NCBI RefSeq assembly: GCF_009914755.1
Contig: NC_060931.1
DNA from: the human T2T-CHM13v2.0 reference genome, Homo sapiens
Reading direction: 5' to 3' (one strand)
DNA: 64,000 bases
In this document: one piece after another, positions 16,750 to 30,597 of the stretch
Layout of the letters: each line of letters opens with the position of its first letter
How positions within the stretch are numbered: the stretch's first letter is position 1
Notes under the pieces: model-generated
The model's database searches: none
What the model was told of the DNA's origin: nothing
Seen by the model: only the letters and a program-made list of their open reading frames with translations
Translations under genes and position numbers: made by a program

Positions 16750-17143
16750 GTGGATATGACTTCCAAAGAACAAAACCAACAGGATGTGTGTATGTATAGA
16801 GAGATTTATTTTAAGGAATTGGTTCATGAAATTGTAGAGGCTTGCTGAGTCTGAAATCTGCAGTACAGACTGGCCAGCTGGTGACTTAGAAAAGGGTTAC
16901 AATTTGAATCCAAAGGCAGTCTCTGGCGGAATTCCTTTTTGCTCAGGGGGTGGTCAGTCTTTATTCTCTTAAGGCTTACAACTGATTACATGAGGCCCTC
17001 TCACACTATGGAGAGCAACTACTTCACTCAAAGTCCACCGATTGAAATGTTAATCTCATCCAAAAAACACATCCAGAGTAATGTTTGATCAAATATCTGG
17101 GCACCATAGCTCAACAAAGTTGACACATAAAATGAGCTATTAC
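16750..17143 (-). mobile_element. MLT2 (C/D-like) ERVL solo LTR
   Basis: gagagatttattttaaggaattggttcatg..aagttgacacataaaat..attaca. Confidence 0.85.
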
Positions 17144-17634
17144 ATGTAGGTTGTTACAAATATGTATTTTGGATTTGCCTGACTTGTCTCCTTATTTATC
17201 TATAAGTTCCTTGGGTACACTGGTTTGCAGGAGAGTAGGTGATCAGTAAATATGTGACATATTTTCATATAGCAAGATCAAGGGAATATAACGCATGATA
17301 ACCAAAAATTATTCTCACCACTAAAGGTCTCCATTATATTTTAAAAAATGCTAAATTGCTCAGTTACTTAATTTTCTAAAGTGGGTCATATTTGATTATT
17401 TATACCCTTTAAATAAGCTAGGAGATGAGTATGGAAGGTCTTCCAATAACACTTTTACTGGAGGTTGCCTAACAGAATTTGGGGACTTGCATTGGCAATG
17501 GCCTACAACATTGATGTTATAAATGAATTTTCTTGGCAGGGGGGAACATACAAAGCTATAAGTATTGGGCAAAAGTCTCAAGCCTCACAGAAAGTCTACA
17601 CAGAGTCTTCTACAAAGAGTCTTGTGATCATGGC

Positions 17635-17993
17635 TGTATTAGTCCGTTTTCATGCTGCTGATAAAGACATAACTGAGACTGGGCAATTTACAAAAGAAAG
17701 AGGTTTATTGGACTCACAGTTCCATGTGGCTGGGGAGGTCTCACAATCATAGTAGAAGGTGAAAGTCATGTCTCACATATCAGCAGACAAGAGAAGAGAG
17801 CTTATGCAGAGAAACATCCCATTTTAAAACCATCAGATCTCATGAGACTCATTCACTATCACGAGAACAGAGCAGGAAAGACCCACCCCCATAATTCAAT
17901 CCCCTCCCACCTGGCTCCTCCCATGGCATGAGGAAATTGTGGGAATTACAATTCAAGATGAGATTTGGGTGGAGACACAGCCAAACCATATCA
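17635..17993 (-). mobile_element. THE1 MaLR solo LTR
   Basis: tgtattagtccgttttcatgctgctg..cagccaaaccatatca; 5-bp TSD ATGGC at 17630-17634 and 17994-17998. Confidence 0.95.
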
Positions 17994-18777
17994 ATGGCAA
18001 ACCATGAAAGTTTAGCAACTGTTCTGATCAATAATACAAACATATAGGTTTGGAGATCATTGAAAAATATGTAAATTCCCATAATAAAAGGAAATATGGG
18101 ATATATGTATTTATTTATATATGTGTCTGTGTGTGTGGGACATGTGCCTTTCTATTTTATTGAAAACTGTGCTCTTGAATAGTGAACTTTGATGCCACAT
18201 AGTATTTTGCAGCTAATCCCTAAAAGGTAAGATGTCATAGGCTAGGGTAATGGTTTATAGTCACTTATGTGCCAACATAGATTTGGAAGCCAATAAATGC
18301 CTGGCAGTAAATGACTAACTAAATAAAAAATTTTAAAACCCTCATGTGGGAAAATCTAATGCCAGCATTTTCCCAGCAGTTGATACAGAGTTTCCACAAT
18401 GGCTGTCTTTTATCAAGGAAAAAGTTGATACTAAATATTCTGTTTTAGTGTAGATTCCACAAGAACTGTAGAAATATGGGGTGAGGAAAATACCAGCAAT
18501 AAGAACATGATTATCCTAAAAGACTGACACCAGTAGCTTTAATTTTATATTTCTACTTTTCACTTAGATCTCTGATAAATTGTAAATCAGATATCAGCTG
18601 AGGTCACCCTGTCCTTTCAGATTTAAATACAGTTGGCTTCAGTCTCTTTGTCTTCTGTCCTGTGGGATGCATAATGCTCTCCCTGATATTTTCATGAAGT
18701 TTTTCGAGCTCATGTTTCTATGGACATATCTGCTCAGAGTCTCCCTTCTGGTGACCTCTTAGTTCACTTTCATCTGA

Positions 18778-19342
18778 TGTCCTGGACAGGATTCTCTAGA
18801 GAGACAGAACTAATAGGATATATACAGATATTTGAGACATGATTTGTTAGATAAATTGGCTCACACAACTGTGGAGACTGAGAAGTTCCATGATATACTA
18901 TCTGCAATCTGGAGAACCAGGGAAGCTGGTAACATGGCTGAGTTCAAGTCTGAAGGCCTCAGAAACCAGGAAAGCCAATGATGGAACCTCCTGTCTGAGG
19001 CCAGAAGCCTGAGAATATGGGGACTGCTGGTATAAGTTCTGGAATCCAAAGGCTAGAGAACCTGGAGTTCTGATGTCTAAGGGCAGGAGAAGAAGAGTGT
19101 CCCAGCTCCAAAAGAGAGACAGAATTCAATTTCTGTTGCCTTTTTGTTCTATCCAGGCCCTCAGCTGATTGGATGGTACCTGCCCATACTGGATGAAAGC
19201 AGAACTTCCTTACTTAGTCCACTGATTCAAATGCTAATCTATTCCAGAGACACCCTCACAGACATGCCCAGAAATAATGCTTTCTTAGCTCTCTGGGCAT
19301 CCCTCAATCCGAACAAGTTGACAACTAAAATTAACCCTCACA
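18778..19342 (-). mobile_element. MLT2B ERVL solo LTR
   Basis: ttctctagagagacagaactaatagga..caccctcacagacatgcccagaaataatgc..aagttgaca..aaattaaccctcaca. Confidence 0.88.
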
Positions 19343-20005
19343 CCCCCAACCCTTACCACTGCTCTTGTCTTTTCTCAGCCGTGTGCTGACCCAGACAAAA
19401 TGGACTATAGTCCCCTTTCCTTCTGGGGAAAATCATGCAGATAAAGCATTTGGGTGTGTAGCAGATTTTATAAAAGATGTGGGGAAACAGAGTGGTTAAA
19501 TCACAGCAAGGCAAACAACTTAAATATACATGGCTGGAGCCGTCTGTCGTAGCTCTTTTTCCTTTAGGATCCCTCACCCATGGCGTGGCTCCTTTCCCTT
19601 CTCTGCTTTAACTCACCACCAAATTCCTATTATTTCTTATAAAGAGTGGTCTTCTTACGGATTATACCCTCTGGGCCTCATCTTCCCTCTGAAAGGGATC
19701 TTTCAAAGTATAGACTTAAGCCAGTGACAGCAACACTGTCAGCTGTTAAAATGGTGTTTTCATCTGGTATCTGAAAAGTACATTGGAAGTTTCTATTCCA
19801 AATCTCTCTCTCTCTCTCTGTCTCTCTCTCACTCTCTGTTTCTTTCTCTCTCAACATGGATCTTCATGTACCAAAATACTGAAATATTTTCTGTAGGTTT
19901 TTTTTTTTGTTGTTTGTTTTTTTTTTTTTTTTTTTGCATTTCATCTTTTCCCTGATACCATAAGCATCCACTTTTGAAGACTGTCCTTTTAAAAATTCTA
20001 CCATT

Positions 20006-20303
20006 GGCTGGGTGTGGTGCCTCACGCCTGTAATCCTGGCACTTTGGGAGGCTGAAGTGGGAGGATTACTTGAGGCCAGAAATTTGAGACCAGCTTGGGC
20101 AACATAGTGAGGACTTGTCTCTACTAAAAATAAAAATAAAAATATTAGCTGGGTGTGATGGTGTGCACCTGAAGTCCCAGCTACTCAGGAGAGTGAGGCA
20201 GGAGGATCCCTTGATCTTGGGAGGTTGAGGCTGCAGTGAGCCACTATCATGCCACTGACTCCAGCCTGGGCAACAGTGAGACCCTGTTTAAAAAAAAAAA
20301 AAA
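20006..20303 (+). mobile_element. AluJ
   Basis: J-type ggaggattacttgagg and gaggctgcagtgagc; TSD-like AAAAAT(TC/A)TACCAT. Confidence 0.93.
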
Positions 20304-20749
20304 TATACCATAATATTTTTATGCATTTAAATGGATCATTGTGTAGGTTATTTGTAATAAGAAGCAATTAGTGTGTCTAAGTAGATTTATAGATAGACTT
20401 ATATTTCCAAAATATTCCAAAATATTGTTAAAAATGTTCTGCTTACATTACTTAAATTATTATATATCCAGAAAATTAGAAAGTAAAGTCTCAGGTATGT
20501 TGGAAAATTCCAGAGGCATCAAAGTTTAAATTAAAGGTGCTTCAGTTGGAATGTCCCTCAGTAGGTGAGGACTATTTGGGTAGCTTCAACAACATCACTA
20601 ACAATTAGTTATTAGTAAACCCAAAGACCTCAATTAAATAGTTGTTTGAAATAACTCTTTTTTGTTGGAGCAAAAAGTACATTTCACTTGGTGGAACATT
20701 TGTATCCAGATGGAGCTATCAGATCTCAGAGAATTCATTTCCTTTATTT

Positions 20750-20920
20750 TGGCAAAGATTCCTCTAAGTGTTTACTGTGTGACAAACACTGTGTTAAGCT
20801 ATACATGAATTAAATAATTTAGTCCTCCTCATGACTCCACGAGGTAGCTATTTTTATCTCCATTTCACATACGAGAATACTGAGGTTTAAGGTTAGCTAA
20901 CTCATCCAAGATCACAAGAT
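20750..20920 (-). mobile_element. MIR
   Basis: tttttatctccatttcacatacgagaatactgaggtt..aactcatccaagatcaca (MIR core). Confidence 0.75.
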
Positions 20921-20935
20921 GTTGGCACACCCAGG

Positions 20936-21728
20936 TGTATCAGATAGGGCCTGGCAAGAAACAGTTGGCACACTTCAACAGGGTACCTGAGGAGAGTTTA
21001 ATGAAGGAAGTACTTATCAAGGAATAAGTAGCATCAGCCAGGAATGGTGAAACACACAAGGGCTAGCAGCAGGTCTCCAGGGGCACAGGGAGGAGCACTT
21101 ACTGGAACTTGGAAAGACCTGCAGCCACGGGAGAGGAGATACCCTGCAGAAGCTGTAGTCGTCTTTTTTTGTTTGTTTGTTTGTTTGTTTGAGACAGAGT
21201 CTTACTCTGTCACCCAGGCTGGAGTGTAGTGGCGCGACCTCGGCTCACTGCAACCTCCCTCTCTTGGATACCAGTGATTCTCCTGCCTCAGCCTCCAGAG
21301 AAGATAGGATTATAGGCATGCGCCACCCACTTGGCTAATTTTTGTATTTTTAGTAGAGATGGGATCTCGCCATGTTGGCCAGGCTGCTCTCAAGCTCCTG
21401 ATCTCAAGTGATCCACCCTCCTTGGCTTCCCAAAGTGTTGGGATTACAGGCATGAGCCACTGCGCCTGGCAGAAGCTATAGTCTTAGGTAGAGCAAAGCT
21501 GATAGTGCCATACTATGGCCCAAAGAGAACTGACAGATTACATTGCTGAGCAATTTCTCATCACATCTTTTCTTCTCCTGCTAGTGGCTCCTATTGACCA
21601 AACTCAATGAGAAGGCAGAGGGCAAAGAAGCCTGACTGATCTACTCTGTAAAGGTGAGCCTCCCTGGGCAGAGTAGGACAAAGAAGTTTGGAGAGTGGGT
21701 CTGGAGGAGAAACAGACCATTCAGCATA
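20936..21728 (-). mobile_element. Old ERVL LTR (LTR33/LTR41-like) interrupted by an Alu
   Basis: ctggcaagaaacagttggcacactt..gaggagagtttaatgaagg..gaaggcagagggcaaagaagcc..ggagagtgggtctggagg; subfamily uncertain. Confidence 0.6.
21161..21470 (-). mobile_element. AluS
   Basis: (GTTT)n tail; TSD AGAAGCT(G/A)TAGTC at 21148-21160 and 21471-21483. Confidence 0.94.
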
Positions 21729-22645
21729 CCAGGTGCATCTGAATCCAGAGCCTAAGCCCTTGACCACCACACTATCCTCTTGCCTTGGTAGGTGTGTTGA
21801 TAATTTCCACAGAAGGGGGATGCTGTATAAACATGATACAGTGGAAGGAATACTAGAGTAGGGGTCAGGAAAATCAAATACTGTGAAGTGTGGAAGTGCC
21901 TGGCACAGAGTAGAAACTTAATCAATGTAAATCCCTCATCCCCTCCCATTGTGCATCATGAGCTTCCCAACACAGCCCATAAAATCTCCAAGTTGTAATG
22001 CTGAAAGAAGGGCCACAACCTTGTCAATGACGCAAAAGAGCTTTCATCAGACTGTGCATAATTTAGAATGTGAATCTCTGAGAAATGAGAGCTGATGAGA
22101 GCAGACTTTAGTAATCCCCTAAACTCTCAATCATCTGTGTTTTGGTAAAACAGGAGCACTAGCAGATCATATTCTGCTGTATACCACAAGTCTGGCACAC
22201 TTCTGTGTAGTGGCCTGTGGTGGGCAGAATAATGGCCTCCTAAAGAGGCCCATATCTGAATCGCTGGAGCCTGTGAATATGTTACCTTACACAGTCAAAG
22301 AAAGGCTACAGATTTGATTAAGGTTAAGGGCCTTGAGATGGGGCAAGATTATGCTGGTTTACCCATGTGAATCCAATCTACCTACATGAGTCTTTAAAAG
22401 CAGAGAACCATTCTCAGCTGTAGAAAGCCAGAAATATAGCAGCGTGGAAGCAGATTTTGAAGATGGAGAAAGGCCATGAGCCAGGAAATACAAGTAGCCT
22501 CTAGAAGGTGGAACAGGCAAGGAAACAGCTTCTGCACCAGAACCTCTGGGAAAGAATGCAGTCCTGCCAACATCTTTCTTCCACACCAGTGACACCTATG
22601 CTGGATATTTGACCTACAGAACTGTAAGAAAATAAATTTATGTGA

Positions 22646-23263
22646 GTTTTGTTTTTTGTTTTGTTTTGTTTTGGAGACAGGGTTTCCCTCTGTCACCCAG
22701 GCTGGAGTACAGAGGTGCAATCACAGCTCACTGCAGCCTCAACCTTCCCAGGCTCAGGTGATCCTCCCACCTCAACCTCCTGAGGAGCTGGGACTATTGG
22801 CATGCACCACCACACCTGGATAATTTTTGTATTTTTTGTAGAGAATGGGGGTCTTGCCGTGTTGCCCAGGTTGGTCTTGAACTCTTGAGATCAAGCGATC
22901 CTCCCAACTCAACCTCACAAAGTGCTGGGATTACAGGCCGGGCACGGTGGCTCACACCTGTAATCCCAGGACTTTGGGAGGCCGAGGCGGGTGGATCACC
23001 TGAGGTCAGGAGTTTGAGATCAGCCTGGCCAACATGGCGAAACCCCGTCTCTACTAAAAATACAAAGAGTTAGTCAGGCATGATGGCGGGCTCCTGTAAT
23101 CTCAGCTACTTAGGAGGCTGAGGCAGGAGAATCGCTTTAACTCAGGAGGTGGAGATTGCAGTAAGCCGAGATCACGCCACTGCATTCCAGCCTGGGTGAG
23201 AGAGCGGGACTCCGTCTAAAAAAAAAGTGCTGGGATTACAGGCGTGAGCCACTGCACTTGGCC
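22646..23263 (-). mobile_element. AluJ interrupted in its left arm by an inverted AluS
   Basis: J-type right arm from 22675; sequence resumes after the insertion with ggcgtgagccactgcacttggcc. Confidence 0.92.
22936..23223 (+). mobile_element. AluS inserted antisense into the AluJ
   Basis: TSD AAAGTGCTGGGATTACA at 22919-22935 and 23224-23240. Confidence 0.94.
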
Positions 23264-23649
23264 TTGTGTTATTTTAAGCTACTGAAATTGTGGTTACAGT
23301 AGCAATGGAAAATGAATGCAAGCCTCTTCATCTTTTTGTTTCAGGGCAAGAGCACCTCAGTATGTAAATTTCTTGATATATGATGACTGACACTGAAGTG
23401 TTCAACAGGCTCCAAACATCAGTCTTTAAGCATTGAATCTATTCAAGTTCTAGCATAGAAGTTTTTTATTCAATTGCATACCAGAGTTACTTGAGAGTAG
23501 ACTGATGCTTCACATTGTTGTTGTTGTTTTTATTTTTTTTAAATAACTCTGCCTCTTCACTAGAAAAAGGTTTTGTTTTGGATATCATTAAAACAGTCAG
23601 GGGAGCATAGCCCTTGAAAAGATCTCAGAACTAGTAACCTACCTCCTGA

Positions 23650-24021
<372 letters not shown>

Positions 24022-25789
24022 CCAAAAGTTTTTGAAAACCTTCACGTCAACCACAGAGCCTTCAGTATACTGTATGTTATTTTGTACCCAACCCATGGTT
24101 CTGGTCGCACACAAAAATGTCTGTGAGATTCCTGGTCAACTGGTATTCACCATGGAGTTCATAAAGGGCTGATGTTCCTCAAATACCAGATGAGTCTAAG
24201 TAAGTACTACTTTATGTAGCCATACATGAAGTGGAAATTGAGTTTAAGCCCAAGCTACCTGTGCCTGAGGGGAACAAATAATTAGAGGGGTTTAGAGAAG
24301 ACCAAGTTATGCAGGTGTTTACTGTAATTCTCTCATTATGTATATGTGAAGGTAGCCCTTAGACCCTCAAGTGTATTGGGAGGTATTAATAATAACCACA
24401 AAGATGGTCCTGTGCTATGGCAAATGCAGAACTTTCAAAGTACTATTCAGCCTGGAGAAGAAAGCTCATTTCCAGATCCTTCCTTCTGTTTTTCAAGTGA
24501 CATCACATAGGAGGATGAGAATTTGTCTTTGTATTAAGCTTCCTTTGTCATGTCTACTTCAGACATGATCTCTGAGTTTGAAGTCCCAGGATTTTAGATG
24601 AAAAGAATCTTTGAGTTAAGGGAGGGAGGGGGCCACTGCATGAGAATGCCTGTTTCTAATCTCAGAGTACCCACATGCTGAATGGCTGATTAGACAAAAG
24701 CCACAGAGGGGAAAATCAGCTACTCTGGGTTAGGGGATTCAAATTTCATTGTGGTGGACACCTATTTATCTTTTATTGTAGTCAATTTCCCAAGGGAGAA
24801 AGGGCAAATGTGTCCCTCCTATGCCAACATTGTAGCACCCCCAACGGAGCAGACCTCAGGAGTATCCTACACAGAAGAAAGGAGCAGTGAAACCTATGAC
24901 AACTGATTTTTCTCTGAAAACAATGTTATGTGTATATTTCATTTCTTCATCTCTCCAAAAACTTTTTGTAACAAGTATGTTTTTTGCAACTGTGGCAGGT
25001 ATACTAGAGACCAGCTCCTATAACCTAATGATCATGCCAAGTATTTCTGTTATATCTCTTAAAAATGGCTTTTCTTCTCATCTCCCAAAACAATTTTTTT
25101 TTTTAAACACAGGGCCTTGCCTGTTGATTTTCTCACACTTTTGTCAAGTATACTTTTTTTTCAACTCAATGTCTAATATCACAAAAACCTGGCACTTTAA
25201 ACTTCAGTTTCTACCAAAGGTATAATGCTTTTTAAAAAGAATTCTGCCTAGTGTTCCTCCAGTGTAGCAATTAGCATTCTCTTAGCGGCAAACATCAAAA
25301 TATCCAAATAAAATGGTTTCAGTAATAGGGATGGTTATTGTCTCTCATAACAGGAAATCTGGAGGGAGCTGACTCCAGGTGGATTGAGAGGTTCAGCCAC
25401 GCCTGCAGTCTTATCCATCCTTTTGCTCCACTATCCTCTATATATTTGTTTTCAATAGCTCTAGGTATCCGCTCCTTACACAACCAAGTTCCACTTCTGC
25501 ATGTGTTTCTCCTATTAGGAGGAAAGAAAACTATTTCCCAGCTGGTTCCAGCAGAGAAGTCTCCTTTTAAGTCTTTTGCCAAAATAAGTCTCTAAACCAG
25601 CCCCAGGAAAGACGATGAGATTGCCTTGTTTGCTTTAGATTGATCTTGATTAGTCTACTGAGCCTGAGCACGATTTTCTTAAGCATCTCATTCCCAACAG
25701 GAAAGCAACAAAATCGGCATTCTATTAATAAGACAAAGAAGAGAATGGCTCTTGTGTGGACAATCAACAATGTCTTCCACATCACAGAA

Positions 25790-25950
25790 CTCTTTAGTAT
25801 GCATTAGAAAAACCTAGGGTGGTGGTTACAAGAGCAGATTCCAGGTGTCAAAGAGATTTTGATTACAGATGGGGTCCAGGAGGGTGTATTTTCAACAAGA
25901 ACCCAGATGTCTTGGATCTAGTCATCCACCAGCCAAAGTTTAAGACACTG
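25790..25950. mobile_element. MER5-like MITE
   Basis: gcattagaaaaaccta..gcagattccagg..tgtattttcaacaag..aagtttaagacactg. Confidence 0.6.
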
Positions 25951-25980
25951 CCCTACAGAAATGAGAACAAACTTTCCTTA

Positions 25981-26290
<310 letters not shown>

Positions 26291-27086
26291 TCTTGTTAAT
26301 ACATCAATAAATATTCACTTTTAGTACCTGGATGTTACTGATCCACACAAGTACATCTACTGTTAGAAAGTAACCATTCTTAAGCAAAACAAAGGACGTC
26401 TGCCTGCATAGGGTGATCAGAATAATGTCCAAATGCACAAATGATAATGAGATGATGCAGATAAAGTGCTTAGCATAGTAGACTATGAATGTGCCAATGG
26501 AAAATTATAATTTTTTAACCTGTCGAGTTTTGTTGCTACTAGATCTTTGCATCATTATTTCCTGCTCAATAGTTGTCTTTGTTCAAAGTGTCAGTTTCAT
26601 AGAACATACCACTACTTGAAATCTTCTTTATTTGTTCTTTTAGTCTGTCATCCTCACTAATTATCACCTCCACAAGGAAGGGCTATGTCTTGTTCATCCC
26701 TATTGCCTAATTCTCAAGTCCTGAAATTTTAAGCATTTAAGCAGCTGTTTTCAAATTTCTAAATAAGACACCTTTCCATGTAGATATGATCTAAACTATG
26801 ACATACAACTAAATTGTAAGAAAAATGTCAAAACATGGTTTCTTTTATCAATAGTTTACTATAGGAAGTTAAGAGTAAAAGTGAACAATCTATGATAGTG
26901 AATTAATAATGACTTTAGGAAAAACTAATAGTACCCAAGTAAATCTTCCCTTTGACAACTTAATTCTGAAAATTATGTATGACTTTGAAAAATTGAATAA
27001 ATCAGCAATTTCCAGAAACTACTGACAATTAGTATGGTTGCAACTTGATTCCCCAATCCAGGGTGTGCCTAGGAAATAATTAGTAG

Positions 27087-27434
<348 letters not shown>

Positions 27435-27478
27435 TGAAAGGAGTTTATCACTATGTTGAAATTTCTGTGTTCTAAACC

Positions 27479-27655
27479 CACGTTATCTGATAAAACTTTC
27501 TGTAATGATGAAAATATTCTACATCTGCACTGTTTAGTAAAGTATTACCCACTAACTGTATGTGGCTACTAGGTACTTGAAATAGTATGACTGAGAAACC
27601 GAATTTTTAATTTAGTAGCCACACATGGCTAGTGGCTTCCACATTGTAGAGTGAT
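27479..27655. mobile_element. MER3 hAT-Charlie MITE
   Basis: aactttctgtaatgatgaaaatattctacatctgc..atgtggctact..tagccacacatggctagtggct. Confidence 0.85.
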
Positions 27656-28315
27656 GTTCTGGACAGTTTTTTGTAAGTAGGCACAATGTATAGCAACACG
27701 TTCCTAGAGCTTTAAATTTTGAAAATGGATTTTCCCACCATCGCTTATTTCCTATGACTCCAATTTCCCCTTTTTACTTTTATTCCCTTGTCAGTGAACT
27801 GCTTAGCTGCTGGCTCCAAAGTTTCACTACCAAGAGGATGCAGAAGTATCATAGTAGGGGCAGTAAAAACATTACATATATTATAAAAAAGCCACTGTCC
27901 TGGGAGTGAATTCTGAGAAATGCAATGGAAGACAAAAGGGGGCAGGAATAAAAGGCAAGAGGTTTCCTTGATGTGTTCCCCTGTGATTTAAGACCTTTTT
28001 TTTGGTTTTGTTTTTAAGTCAGCAAATCTATCAAGCACTGTGCCAAGGGCTACGGGCAAAAGGATGGGAATGGATAGAGATGGGTAAACTAACAATCACA
28101 TCAGGAAGTGAAACACAGGGTAAGTTACAGGACACCGTAGGAATGCACCAGGCGTCAATTTCCTCAGTCTTTGGGGAAGAGGAGTGATGGGGGTACCATG
28201 AAAACAAAAAGTGATATCTAAGCTAAACCTTTAAGTGTGATGCCAATTAGATTGGATGGGAGAGATGACAGAAGAAGGGAAGAGGGTTAGGGACAGAGAG
28301 AAGGAAAATACGTGC

Positions 28316-28670
28316 TGTAGAAGACCCGAATATGCCACTCCCAAATATGCCATTTTGACATAAGGATGATTTTGAGCTGAAGGCAACTGAAGAAATAGAT
28401 ATAAGAAATGTTCTCTCCTTGCTCCCATTTGTCTAAAAGCAGGACGTAAACTTATGAAGGTAAAGGTGTCCCTCCTCTCTTCTCTACCAGGAAGAACAAA
28501 GATTGAGCACCAAAGGCAACTTTAGACACTTATCAGCCCTGGAGAAACATGTATAGCAAAATTCTACTTATTTGCCTTCCTACAATTTACCACCCCTAGA
28601 GACTCAAAGTCCTTCTCCTTTGTCTTGCCACTTCTCTAAACATTTATTTTTCTTTGTTGAAGATGCTATA
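28316..28670 (+). mobile_element. MER34-family ERV1 LTR, 3' part missing
   Basis: gaatatgccactcccaaatatgcca..taaggatgattttgagctgaaggcaa; similarity stops at gatgctata. Confidence 0.7.
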
Positions 28671-29046
28671 TGTACAAATCTACATAATGATTATCCAATC
28701 TCTGTTTTCATTGGGAAGCAAGCAGGTCTGCCAAAAATCTGTTACCTAAAAGCATGATATAGATATAGAACATCTGGATCAATTGAGAACAAAACAACCC
28801 AAATTACAAATGTGCCACATAGGTATGAAGCAGACAGTTTTCCCCACTTACCATTAGAAACCAATTTTCTAAAGCTGAACCAGCTTTAGAAAACCAATTT
28901 TGGAGTTTTTAAAAACTCATAGTTGCAGTGTGAATACTAAAAGCAAGTGGAAAGTATAGATTATAATTATAGATAATGGTTAAATTTGATATTAAGGACT
29001 TCCATTTGAAAACAAAGTTAGGAATAGATGTGCATAATAAAGATGC

Positions 29047-29402
29047 ATTTAGATTTATTTAAAAAATATTTTAAAAAATTAGGCACCATGCTTGTTACAT
29101 TTGCCCTAAGCTGAAGTTGGCAATGAGATCTGTTTAGAGAATATGCTCACCTCTTAAAAAAAAAGTGGAATAATTTTCAGCATAGTAGTATATCCCCCTC
29201 AGAATTTATTATTTAAAACAATATTTTCAAAAAATTTAGATTTAGAATATTAACACTTCAAAAAATCAGGTGCAATGCTTATTATATTTGCCCTAAGCTT
29301 CAGTTGGCAATGAGATCTATTTAAAGAATATGCTCACCTTTAAAAAAAAAAAAAAAGTGGAATAATTTTCAGCTATAGTAGTATATCCCCTTCAGAATTT
29401 AT
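29047..29402. repeat. Diverged tandem duplication, two copies of about 165 bp, period about 190 bp
   Basis: Copies 29047-29209 and 29234-29402 share atttgccctaagct..agttggcaatgagatct..gaatatgctcacct..aaaagtggaataattttcagc..atagtagtatatcccc..tcagaatttat. Confidence 0.93.
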
Positions 29403-30424
29403 GCTACATATGTGCACTACCTGTTTTATTATCTCTTTAAATCAACTCACATTCTTTTAAACAAATGTGATTTGAAGCTTTAAATCACTACGGCAAATTA
29501 AAAAACATTATTGCTTGTTATGAATAAAAGATAAGACATAAATAAATACAAATGAAGACTAAACTATGTTCTTACATTCTAGCTGGTTACCATTGTTCCC
29601 TAAATGCTGTGTTAAAAAGAGATATCAAGTACCAGAAAGATGTTTAAGACAAACTGAGGCTTTTATCTTGGTATAATCAAAAAGATTAAAAAGAAAACAA
29701 AATTATTTCCTCATTGTGATTCAACATATACTTAATGCAGTTTCTGTGGCACCACCTAAAACCATCAAGAGTATTAAACACAGCTGAAGCATAACTTATC
29801 TTTCCCACACAATTGATATTGCATGTCGTCTTCCTTTAGATTGATGTAAAAAAAAATCTGTCTTATCAAAAAAATGTAGTTAGAAGATAGGAATGAAAAA
29901 TAAAATGTCTGTCTTTGCTAAATGCTAACCAAGGTAACATCTTTGGGATACTCCCCACTGACCTGTTTTGCAATATTTCTGCAAACTATATTTGTGATGT
30001 ATATTCATTGACCCACTGGCTCATATATTTGTATAGCATCTGCCTTCTCTTCAATTGTGAGTTCATTTCCCTCTGCACTATTACTTTGGCTCACCATAGG
30101 CTCTAGGTACCCAAGCATGGAAAATCATCATAGAAGTGGTCAGCAAAGTGTGAGATGCAATAACACCCCTGTAGGAGTATCCATTGACCTCAAAGTTGAG
30201 AAGCAGTTCCGCCCAGCTAGCCCCTCTCCACTGCTGGCCAATGCATCAAGCCAGCAACCAGGTACTTACAACATGAGAAAGATAGGAATGGTAAAAGGTA
30301 ATATGGCAAGGACAAAGACCATATAAGGTTTTTGTGGAGGACTTTCCTTAGAATTGGAGGTCAGCCATTATCTTGCAAGAAAGGCTGGGCTGCTCTACCT
30401 GACTCGTGGGGTGTTCCACCACTG

Positions 30425-30597
30425 CACTCTGAGCGGCATTAACCAGGGCAGCAGGTAGCAATCACCTGGGGGTATTTAAAATGCCCATAGCCAGCCTCAT
30501 CCCCAGAAACTGTGTTTTAATTCATGTAGGATAGGGCCCTGCTGCAATAAATAGCTCCTCAAGTAGTTATGAGGTGTAGTCAGGGTTGAGAACCAAG
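30425..30597. mobile_element. MER5A-like MITE
   Basis: ccagggcagcag..aatcacctggg..aaaatgc..cagggttgagaacca. Confidence 0.65.

Larger units (their letters stand above)
22216..23320 (+). mobile_element. MLT1D-like MaLR LTR hosting two nested Alus
   Basis: tgtggtgggcagaataatggcc..tgtgaatatgttacctta..gaactgtaagaaaataaattt / ttttaagc..acagtagcaatggaaaatgaatgca. Confidence 0.88.
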
